Of a stretch of DNA of 64,000 nt, positions 27,675-35,355 are shown piece after piece. This DNA is from a bacterium. GTDB lineage: Archaea > Thermoplasmatota > E2 > JACPAO01 > JAHFTW01. The position numbers were made by a program, and so were the translations under genes. Numbering within the stretch: position 1 is the first letter of the stretch; each line of letters starts with the position of its first letter. The stretch spans positions 160,001-224,000 of the forward strand of contig JAZJZE010000001.1 of NCBI GenBank assembly GCA_040390065.1. The letters are read 5' to 3'. The notes under the pieces are model-generated. The model worked only from the letters and a program-made list of their open reading frames with translations, was not told where the DNA came from and made no database searches.

Positions 27675-28306
27675 TGGCGACGCGAAAGGCAAGCACGACG
27701 AAGCACGCCAAGACCGCGCCTGCCCCGCACACGGCGAAGGAGATCCTCGCCGCCGTGAAGGGCAAGAAGCTCAAGGTCGACGCACACGTCGACGCGCCCA
27801 CGAAGCCGCGCGGCAAGAAGGAGCCGCTGCGCGCCAAGGAGATCCTGAAGAACGCCAAGGCCGGCAAAGTCGAGACGAACCAGGACGCCCTCGAACCGCA
27901 ACTGCGCCGCGCCGCCGACATCCTCAAGGAACTCCGCAAGGAGCACTTCGAGTTCCACCACGCCGGCGCCGCCAAGAACGCCTTCGACCCGAACGCCTTC
28001 AACGAGTTCTTCATGGCGGAAATCGAGGCCGAGATCGCCAAGGTCGCCACCATCTACAACGACCGCTTCGCGCGCTGGCGCTGCCAGTGCTGCGACGTCA
28101 TCATCCCCGTCCCCCGCCGCACCACCGTGTACCACGGCGACTACGTCCTCGAGCACGACGACACCCTCGGCCTCATCGTCAACGGCGAGCGCTGGGTGCC
28201 GAAGGCCGAGACGCCCCTCGAAGTCGTCCAGCCGGGCCGCCTCAGGAACCCGTGGACCGGCCGCACCATCGAAGGCAAGGACGCCGGAACGACTGGCGCG
28301 TACTAG
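27674..28306 (+). CDS. Hypothetical protein with Lys-rich N-terminus
   Basis: Strong GC3 codon bias; RCQCCD and RNPWTG motifs. Confidence 0.7.
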   Translation: MATRKASTTKHAKTAPAPHTAKEILAAVKGKKLKVDAHVDAPTKPRGKKEPLRAKEILKNAKAGKVETNQDALEPQLRRAADILKELRKEHFEFHHAGAAKNAFDPNAFNEFFMAEIEAEIAKVATIYNDRFARWRCQCCDVIIPVPRRTTVYHGDYVLEHDDTLGLIVNGERWVPKAETPLEVVQPGRLRNPWTGRTIEGKDAGTTGAY

Positions 28307-29025
28307 CGCCGGCGCCGTTTCCCGGGCAGCGGCACGGGTCGCTGCGCATCCGGCCCCAAGCGCAAAGCCACGAGCGGAGCGAGGGCCAGGAGCACCTTCC
28401 CCTCGGCCTTGCGCACGTGCTCCTCCATCGTGGTGCGCGGCCGGCCAAGGCGTCGCGCGATGTCCTGCATCGTCGCCGTGCGCGGGACGTCGTAGTAGCC
28501 CGCGGCCATCGCGGCCAGCAGCGCCTCGGATTGTTTCCCCGTGAGGCTGCCCAGGATGTCGGCGGCCGTGAACATGAACTGCTCCTCGACGACGGGGGCT
28601 TCGAGCTTGCGCTTGGAGAGGATCTCGAACTCGCCCATCGCGCGCAGTTTGCGGAAGAAGCCAGGCAGCAGGGCTTCGTCGAAGCAGAAGACGCGAAACG
28701 TGTCCCACCCGGCCTGCAGGACAATGGGCGGGATGAGGAGGCAACCGTGGTCCTCGACGAGCCGGCTCACGGACGGCGCGGTTCCATGCGGGCAGTTGAA
28801 CACCAGCGTCCGAGGCGGCGCCCGTTCGTCGCCGAGGCGGCGCACACCATCCAGTTCCCGCGCGAAGCGGCCTGCAATCGCGGTCGTTTGTGCGGCGTCG
28901 CGTGCTTGGATCTCGACGACGTCGTTTTGCAGGTTGCACCACAGGACGAGGCGGGCATCCGGGTGCGCCGCCGCGATGCGCGTCATGGGGCGGTCCCGCC
29001 GCAAGCGGAAGACGACGTGGATCAT
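28303..29025 (-). CDS. Bacterio-opsin-activator-type (HTH_10) regulator
   Basis: LTGKQSEALLAAMAAGYYDVPR...EEHVRKAEGK. Confidence 0.9.
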   Translation of the reverse strand: MIHVVFRLRRDRPMTRIAAAHPDARLVLWCNLQNDVVEIQARDAAQTTAIAGRFARELDGVRRLGDERAPPRTLVFNCPHGTAPSVSRLVEDHGCLLIPPIVLQAGWDTFRVFCFDEALLPGFFRKLRAMGEFEILSKRKLEAPVVEEQFMFTAADILGSLTGKQSEALLAAMAAGYYDVPRTATMQDIARRLGRPRTTMEEHVRKAEGKVLLALAPLVALRLGPDAQRPVPLPGKRRRR

Positions 29026-29061
29026 GCGCGCGCCAAGGTCTCCGCCCTCATGAAACGATAG

Positions 29062-29101
29062 CCGTCACATGACGGTTCCGGCAAAGCCCGTCATTTGACG
29101 G
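29062..29101. promoter_or_regulatory. Two palindromic operators CCGTCA-N2-TGACGG
   Basis: CCGTCACATGACGG (29062) and CCGTCATTTGACGG (29088), between the divergent regulator and the MFS gene. Confidence 0.7.
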
Positions 29102-29129
29102 CATCGGGCTCTTCCCATGCGGCTGGCTG

Positions 29130-30413
29130 TTGGCCCTCGTGCCTCACTCCAAGCGACCAATCCACCCGGCCTGGCTCATCCTTGCCGTGGCCTTCCTCGC
29201 GGTCATCCTGCCAGCCGCCATCCGCGGCCTGCTGTCCATCCTGGCCGTTCCCCTCGAGTCGGAGTTTGGCTGGGGCCGCTGGGTCGTCTCGGCCGCCGCC
29301 GGGACCAGCATGCTCCTGTTCGGTATCCTCGGCCCCTTCGTCGCCGCAGCCGTCGACCGGTATGGAGGCCGGCGCGTCATGGTGGCGGGCCTGGTCCTCC
29401 TGGTGGCTAGCACGGCGGTGGCCCCGTGGGTTCGCGACCCCTGGGGCTTCATCCTCTTGTGGGGCGTCATGGGCGGCCTCGGTTCGGGTCTCTTGGGGAT
29501 CGTCTTCGGCGCCTCGGTCGTTGACCGCTGGTTTGCCAAGCGGCGCGGTCTTGCCATGGGCATCCTGAGCGCGGCCATCGCGACAGCCCAGCTCGTCGTC
29601 TTGCCGCCGGCCGCCCTTCTCGTCCACGCCTACGGATGGCGGGCCGGTGCCATCGTCGCCGCCCTGCTCGCCTCCGTCGTCCTCACGGCAGCGCTTCTAT
29701 GGATGCGAAACCGCCCCGGCGACGTCGGCCTCGGCCGCTACGGCGAGTCGGCGGAGGCGACGCAGAGTCAGCCGGCCCGCATGGGCGCCCTCCCGGTCCT
29801 CCGCGAGGTGATCGGCCGGCCCGCATTCTGGATGCTGGCCTTCCCGTTCTTCGTCTGCGGCCTCACGACGGGGGGCCTCATCGCCGTCCATCTCGTGCCC
29901 GCGTCGCTCGAGCACGGCATGCCCGAGATGGCGTCGGTCATGCTCCTGTCCACGATTGGCATCTTCGACTTCGTCGGCTCATTGTCCTCCGGCTGGTTGT
30001 CCGACCGCTGGAACAACGCCCACCTCCTCGGAGCCTACTATGGCATCCGGGGCCTCTCTCTCCTTGCGCTTCCGGCCGCCTTGAACGCGGGCGCGCCGGC
30101 CATGGTCATTTTCACGCTCGTCTACGGCCTCGGTTGGGTCGCAACGGTTCCGCCCACGGCGAGGCTCTGCACGGCGCTCTTCGGCGCCCGCGGCCCCGTC
30201 GTCTTTGGTTGGGTCTACGCGGTCCACCAGGTCGGCGCTGCCGTGGCCGCCCTCGGCGCTGGCGTGGTCCGAGACGCAACGGGTTCGTACTCACCGGCCT
30301 TCATGGCGGCGGCCATCATGGCCCTCGGGGCCGCTGCGATGTCATTGTCCATCCGGGTGCCGGCCGCAACTGCCAACCCTGCACCAGCACCGATCGCTTC
30401 GGAGGCGGCATGA
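29130..30413 (+). CDS. MFS transporter
   Basis: About 12 TM segments; VDRYGGRR, RWFAKRRGLAMG, GWLSDRW. Confidence 0.9.
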   Translation: MALVPHSKRPIHPAWLILAVAFLAVILPAAIRGLLSILAVPLESEFGWGRWVVSAAAGTSMLLFGILGPFVAAAVDRYGGRRVMVAGLVLLVASTAVAPWVRDPWGFILLWGVMGGLGSGLLGIVFGASVVDRWFAKRRGLAMGILSAAIATAQLVVLPPAALLVHAYGWRAGAIVAALLASVVLTAALLWMRNRPGDVGLGRYGESAEATQSQPARMGALPVLREVIGRPAFWMLAFPFFVCGLTTGGLIAVHLVPASLEHGMPEMASVMLLSTIGIFDFVGSLSSGWLSDRWNNAHLLGAYYGIRGLSLLALPAALNAGAPAMVIFTLVYGLGWVATVPPTARLCTALFGARGPVVFGWVYAVHQVGAAVAALGAGVVRDATGSYSPAFMAAAIMALGAAAMSLSIRVPAATANPAPAPIASEAA

Positions 30414-30757
30414 GCGAAATGGCCCGGCCCCGCGCCTACGTCTTGATCGACGTGGACGTGCACGACGCGGCGCAGTACGCCAAGTACCTGCCCCTCGGTG
30501 ACATCGCGGCCGCAGCCAACGGAGCCAAGTTCCTTGCACGGGGCGGCCAAGTCGTCCCCCTCGAAGGCGGATGGCAGCCGCGCCGCGTCGCCGTCCTAGA
30601 GTTTGCGGACGTCGATGCCGCGCGGCGTTGGTACGATTCGCCCGAGTACAGGAAGGCCAGGGAGGCCCGCGCCGGCGCCGCCACCTTCCGGGCCGTCATC
30701 GTCGAAGGCATCCCCCCTGATTGGCGGCAACCGGTCCGCCCGGCGGCTGTTAAATAG
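30410..30757 (+). CDS. DUF1330-family protein
   Basis: AYVLIDVDVHD, FLARGG, LEF...WYDSPEY; ATGA overlap. Confidence 0.85.
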   Translation: MSEMARPRAYVLIDVDVHDAAQYAKYLPLGDIAAAANGAKFLARGGQVVPLEGGWQPRRVAVLEFADVDAARRWYDSPEYRKAREARAGAATFRAVIVEGIPPDWRQPVRPAAVK

Positions 30758-30779
30758 GGGTTGTTCGTCGCAAATCTTG

Positions 30780-30881
30780 CAAGAGCGGCTTCGGCCGCAC
30801 TGGCTCTGGAATGTGGCCTTCGGGCTGAACCGGAAAAACCGCGCCCCCCTGCTCATGCAGGGATGCACGAAGGTGCACCAC
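30780..30881 (+). promoter_or_regulatory. Structured 5' leader of rpl15e (candidate ribosomal-protein leader)
   Basis: TTAAATA at 30750; cUUCGg hairpins at 30785-30798 and 30815-30826 plus two further stems. Confidence 0.55.
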
Positions 30882-31517
30882 ATGCCCAACGCGTACCACT
30901 ACATCGGAGAAGCCTGGAAGAACCACGAGAACGGCTACGGCACGGCCCAATGGAGCCGCCTCGTGGAATGGCGCGCCGGCGACTCGTTCGTCCGCGTCGA
31001 CCGCCCCCTGCGTCTCGACCGCGCCCGCAGCCTGGGATACAAAGCCAAGCAAGGCATCGTGATCGTCCGCGCCCGCGTCCGCCGTGGTGGCCTGCACAAG
31101 GTCCGCCCGGTCCAGGGCCGAGTCCCCTCCAAGATGGGTGTCAACAAGATCACGATGCGCGAGAACATCCAGTCCATCGCGGAGATCCGCAGCTCCAAGC
31201 ACTTCCCCAACCTGGAGGTCCTCAACTCCTACTGGATCGGCGAGGACGGCAAGCACCAGTACTACGAGGTCATCATGGTGGACCCGCACCACCCGTCCAT
31301 CATCAACGACAAGGACCTCGGCTGGCTCGCCACGACGCCGGCGACGAAGCGTGTCCTGCGCGGCCTGACGTCGGCCGGCAAGAAGCACCGCGGCCTGCGC
31401 TACAAAGGCAAGGGCTCGGAGCACACGCGCCCGTCCGTCCGACAGTCCGGCGTGCGCGCCAAGGACAAGCTCCTGTGGAAGAAACAGGACCAGGCGCGCA
31501 GAATCCGCGTCAGCTAG
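30882..31517 (+). CDS. rpl15e: 50S ribosomal protein L15e
   Basis: RLDRARSLGYKAKQG, NLEVLNSYWIGEDG, RGLTSAGKKHRGL. Confidence 0.97.
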   Translation: MPNAYHYIGEAWKNHENGYGTAQWSRLVEWRAGDSFVRVDRPLRLDRARSLGYKAKQGIVIVRARVRRGGLHKVRPVQGRVPSKMGVNKITMRENIQSIAEIRSSKHFPNLEVLNSYWIGEDGKHQYYEVIMVDPHHPSIINDKDLGWLATTPATKRVLRGLTSAGKKHRGLRYKGKGSEHTRPSVRQSGVRAKDKLLWKKQDQARRIRVS

Positions 31518-31686
31518 GCGAAGCCTGCGACACGCCTGATTCTGAGCGGCCTGCCGCTGCGGTCCGACTTGCTCGGGCCGCAGCGCCAGGCGTGCCGCAT
31601 GCGTGTCATCCAGCCGCCCTCGACCGTCGATGGCGCAGCTCACGTCGCTGCGCAATGGCTAAGCGAAGCGCATGCCATTGCGCCGC

Positions 31687-31872
31687 GTGGCATTCACCCA
31701 CAACGGCTACACCCTGCACGCACGCGAGGTCGCCTTGAAGGGCGGCCACAAGCAGGTCATCTATTTCTTCAGCCAGCGCAGGCCTCAAAGCGGCATGCCG
31801 GTCGAGATGCCCGAAGGGTACGACGTGGCCGTCAACAAGCGCACGGGGCTGCCGTACCTGAAGAAGAAGTAG
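31687..31872 (+). CDS. Small basic protein; free-standing copy of the domain in proteins A and B
   Basis: NGYTLH...IYFFS...SGMP..MPEGYDVAVNKRTGLPYLKKK (alternative start 31672). Confidence 0.85.
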   Translation: MAFTHNGYTLHAREVALKGGHKQVIYFFSQRRPQSGMPVEMPEGYDVAVNKRTGLPYLKKK

Positions 31873-31875
31873 TGC

Positions 31876-31964
31876 GGCGCGACGGTTTCGCCTCGCTCAC
31901 CCATCGCGCCGGGGGCCGCCGTCGGCGACCCGCACGCGCTCGCCTGCGGCTCGCGCGTCGCGCC
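31876..31964. repeat. Tandem-GA/triloop hairpin cassette
   Basis: Bounded by GGCGCGACG/CGTCGCGCC; minus strand reads ACGCGC-GA-GCC-GCA-GGC-GA-GCGCGT. Confidence 0.65.
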
Positions 31965-32035
31965 TGTTGGGCCACAACCTCTTGCAAGTTGTTTGCGGCG
32001 ACGAGCCTTAACTCGCGCCGTGTCCTGCCACCAAC

Positions 32036-32380
32036 ATGGACCGCAGGCTGTTGTTGGCGTCCGCCGCGTTGCTCCTGACTGTGGCTGCCTTGTCCCATCT
32101 GATTGCTGCCATGTCCGGAGGGGTACCAAGTTTTGCCCTCGCGGTCGCGGCCATCGCGGGCGCCGGCCTCGTTGCTCTCGTGGCGGCAATGCCGGACGGG
32201 GGCCGCCTGACGATGGGGGGTATCGGCGGGCTGGGTGCCCTGCTCGTGATGGTGCCGTTTGCCACCTCATGGCCGGCTGTCGTGACGAGCGAAGCCGGAA
32301 TTGTCCCTCTTGTTCTCGGCGCGGCCGGCTGCGGGCTGCTGGCCCTTGCCCTGGTCCGGGCCCGTGTGCGCGCGGCCTAG
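32036..32380 (+). CDS. Small four-TM membrane protein
   Basis: 114 aa, almost entirely hydrophobic. Confidence 0.6.
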   Translation: MDRRLLLASAALLLTVAALSHLIAAMSGGVPSFALAVAAIAGAGLVALVAAMPDGGRLTMGGIGGLGALLVMVPFATSWPAVVTSEAGIVPLVLGAAGCGLLALALVRARVRAA

Positions 32381-32415
32381 CCAACCCTTTTTCCGTTAGG
32401 CGTTGTGGCCGGGCC

Positions 32416-33144
32416 ATGGAGGACGACACCGAGGACGACGACTTCGAGGACGAGGAAGAGGAAGGCGTCGACCTCGACTGCCCGACGTGCCGCGAGGTGC
32501 AGACCCACGAGGTGCTGCGCGCTGCAGCCGCAGGATGGACGGTGCGCTGCATGGAGTGCCAGACGACGCGCACGCTGCCCGCCCCACCGAAGGAGCGCAC
32601 AATCGAGGTCCCCGTGATCCTGAGCGAAGGCGCCACGGCGCGCACGGTTCGCCTGGCCATTCCCCTCGACGGGCCGGTGTCCCCGGACGACGAATTCGAC
32701 CTCGAGGGTCACCGCGTCCGCATCACGGCGGTCGAACTCCCCAACGGCGAACGGCCCAAGAAGGCGCTCGGCCGCAACGTGCGCACGCTCTACGCCGTCA
32801 TGTTCGACACGGTTCCCCTGGATTACACCCTCAACGAAGGCGAGACGACGCGCTCCTTCCGCGAACAAGTCGCCCCGGAGGAAGAGGTGCACGTCGGCAC
32901 CGTCCGCGAAGTGCAGGGCGTCAAACTCGTCGTGAAGACCCTCAAGTCGGACCAGAACCGCACCCTCCACAGCGGCTACCTCCTCGCCCGCAACGTGCGC
33001 CGCGTCTTTGCCGACGTCGCCAACCCGCGGGCCCGGCATGGCCAGCGGCACAGGGCCCGCAAACGCGGCCCGCCCCCAGGTGTGCGCGGCAAGCCAAAGA
33101 ACCGCGTCAAGAAGCCCGGTCCAAGCCGGCCCCGCCGCTCCTGA
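32416..33144 (+). CDS. Archaeal zinc-finger protein (HVO_0476/COG1326-like)
   Basis: CPTC...HEVL...VRCMEC followed by VPVILS and VRITAVE. Confidence 0.75.
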   Translation: MEDDTEDDDFEDEEEEGVDLDCPTCREVQTHEVLRAAAAGWTVRCMECQTTRTLPAPPKERTIEVPVILSEGATARTVRLAIPLDGPVSPDDEFDLEGHRVRITAVELPNGERPKKALGRNVRTLYAVMFDTVPLDYTLNEGETTRSFREQVAPEEEVHVGTVREVQGVKLVVKTLKSDQNRTLHSGYLLARNVRRVFADVANPRARHGQRHRARKRGPPPGVRGKPKNRVKKPGPSRPRRS

Positions 33145-33190
33145 GGCCGTCACCCCAAGGGCTTAAGCCCTCCTGGGTTCCGGGCTGTCC

Positions 33191-33616
33191 ATGGCCTCCG
33201 CCAAGAAGACCGCCCCCGCGAAGAAGAGCGCCCCGAAGCCGGTGGCGAAGGCCCCCGCAAACGCCCCGGCCAAGATGCCGGCCAAGCCTGCAGCGCAAGG
33301 CGCGAAGCCGTCACCTCAAGGCGGAAAGTCCGCGGGCAAGCCCATGCCGGCCCCCAAGGGCACCCTCGCCGCATCCGCCGGCGCCAAGATGCACGCCGCC
33401 GACGAAGAGGCCCCCGTCGTGCTCCCCAAGTTCAAGCTCGAGAAGCACGCCGGCAAGGACACCCTCTGCCAGATCGAGATCGTCAAGGACGGCCACTTCT
33501 TCATCGCCCGCACCGTCACCGAAGGCGGCGCCGCCAAGGAATACAAGAACACCGTCTTCGAAGACCTCCTCACGGAGATGGTGATTACGCTGCAGGAACA
33601 ACTCTCCGACCACTGA
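33191..33616 (+). CDS. Hypothetical protein with histone-H1-like Ala/Lys/Pro N-terminus
   Basis: KKTAPAKKSAPKP tract plus a compact acidic C-domain; CTTAAG about 28 nt upstream. Confidence 0.75.
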   Translation: MASAKKTAPAKKSAPKPVAKAPANAPAKMPAKPAAQGAKPSPQGGKSAGKPMPAPKGTLAASAGAKMHAADEEAPVVLPKFKLEKHAGKDTLCQIEIVKDGHFFIARTVTEGGAAKEYKNTVFEDLLTEMVITLQEQLSDH

Positions 33617-33830
33617 ACGGGTTCGCTTCGCTCACCCGTTCAGTGGCTGGCTGAGGAACCCGCCGCTGGGGGCCCTCCGGGCCCCCAGACCCCCTCGGAG
33701 GAAAGGGCGGCCGCTCACACCGCGCGGCTCGTCGCCGCGCGTGTTCCTGCGCGCCGGGCGCCCGCCTTCGGGGCGCCAAGGCACGCCTGCTCGCTGCGCT
33801 CGCGAGCGGCCGCCCAGGCCGGCCGCGCAG
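33610..33830. repeat. Tandem-GA/triloop hairpin cassette
   Basis: 13-bp stem CCACTGAACGGGT / ACCCGTTCAGTGG around TC-GC-TTC-GC-TC; CTGGGGGCCC-TCC-GGGCCCCCAG-ACCCCC; further stems. Confidence 0.75.
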
Positions 33831-34197
33831 GATGGTCGCCGATACGGAATCGCTAAGGCCCGCTGAGGGCGCTCGGCTCCTACCATCCGGGTCCGCGTTG
33901 GCAAGCCGGCCGCCGAGGCCGGCCCCGCAGCATGGTCACGGACGCCGGGCCGCTTCGCTGGTGAGACGGCTCGGCTCTTGCCGTCCGGCGCCGCGTTGAC
34001 ACGTCGGTCGCCGCGGCCAGCCGCGCAGGGAGAACGTGGCCGTGAAGCTCGGCTGCGCCTGTTGCTTCGGTTGATGGTTGGGCGTCGGCGCGGCAGCTAG
34101 TCCGTCGCTTCCCGTTCGCCAATGGGCAAGACGGGCAGCGGGCGCATGGGCCTGACGGCTCGGAACCACGAGATGCTGACGGTGACCATGCGTCACC

Positions 34198-35244
34198 TCA
34201 GATGGCGTCGCGAATCCCTTGTTCGGTCACATTGACCACGGCTTCGCCTTCGGGCAGGTGCGGGCTGTCGACGAGGCGGCAGATGCGCTTTCCGCCCTTG
34301 CTCTTGCGCAGGTAGATGCGGAAGGTGCTGGTGTGGCCGACGATGTGGCCGCCGATGGGGCGCGTCGGATCGCCGAAGAAGGCATCCGGCTTGGCGCTCA
34401 CTTGGTTCGTGACGACGCAGGCGGCGTTGTTGATGCCGGCCAGGCGCTGGAGGTCGTGCATGTGCTTGTTGAGTTTGCCTTGGCGGTCGGCGAGTGTGCC
34501 GCGGCCGACGAACTCGGCGCGGAAGTGCGCCGTCAAGGAATCGACGATGATGAGCTTGATCGGGAACTCGCGGCAAAGTTCCGCGGCGCGTTCCGCCAGC
34601 AGCATCTGGTGGTTGGAGTTGAAGGCGCGGGCGACGTGGATCTTCTTGAGGGTCTCCGTCGGGTCCATGCCGAGGGCCTCGGCCATCTGGGTGATGCGCT
34701 CGGGGCGGAAGGTGTTCTCCGTGTCGATGAAGAGGGCGTGGCCCTCGAGGCCGCCGTCCGCTTGGGAGCGCTGCACGTTGACCGCGAGCTGCATGGCGAA
34801 CTGGGTCTTGCAGGAGCCGAACTCACCGTAGAACTCGGTGATGGCCTGCGTCTCGATGCCGCCGCCCATGAGTTCGTCGAAGGCCTTGGCCCCGGTGCCG
34901 ATCTTGGTGACGGTCTTGCGGCGCTCGGCCACTTCGAGGCCGGTCTCGAAGCCGCCGACGTCGGCAAGCTTGCGGGCCGCGTTGATGATCTTCTGGGCGA
35001 TGCCTTCGCCGATGTCGCACTTCTCCGCGATGTCGCCGGGGGACGCAACAGCGATGGCCATGAGGTCCTCGTAGCCGGCCTCTTTCATCTTCTCCGCGGT
35101 GGCGGGGCCGACGCCGGGGAGGTCCTCCACGGTCATGCGGATGTGCCCCTCGCGCTTCGGGTCGTTCGTGATGTTCGCGTCGTTTTCCAAGGTTGCGTCG
35201 TAGTCTTCTTCCATGGCAACCGATTCCTTCTGTTTTCTGGCCAT
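34198..35244 (-). CDS. radA: DNA repair and recombination protein RadA
   Basis: N-terminal HhH ([12 protein letters not shown]), [40 protein letters not shown]. Confidence 0.97.
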   Translation of the reverse strand: MARKQKESVAMEEDYDATLENDANITNDPKREGHIRMTVEDLPGVGPATAEKMKEAGYEDLMAIAVASPGDIAEKCDIGEGIAQKIINAARKLADVGGFETGLEVAERRKTVTKIGTGAKAFDELMGGGIETQAITEFYGEFGSCKTQFAMQLAVNVQRSQADGGLEGHALFIDTENTFRPERITQMAEALGMDPTETLKKIHVARAFNSNHQMLLAERAAELCREFPIKLIIVDSLTAHFRAEFVGRGTLADRQGKLNKHMHDLQRLAGINNAACVVTNQVSAKPDAFFGDPTRPIGGHIVGHTSTFRIYLRKSKGGKRICRLVDSPHLPEGEAVVNVTEQGIRDAI

Positions 35245-35355
35245 TTGAGGCACCAGCCGTCTGGAGCCTTGGCCCGGAGTTAGCCATGAAAGCCCAGGTG
35301 GATGAAAGTACTGGTGCAGGCCGCGGCCTGGACAGGAGCCAGAAGGCCCCGGCCG

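Noticed and set aside
33650-34190. Possible RNase P or SRP RNA (GAGGAA motifs, long GC-rich structure)
   Set aside because: I could not find the RNase P GAGGAAAGUCC plus 3' AACAGAA...GCUUA pairing or the SRP helix-8 motif; better explained as hairpin cassettes. An Rfam scan would settle it.
34198-35244. Inteins in RadA or AtpA, which are common hosts
   Set aside because: Both have normal lengths and uninterrupted motifs.
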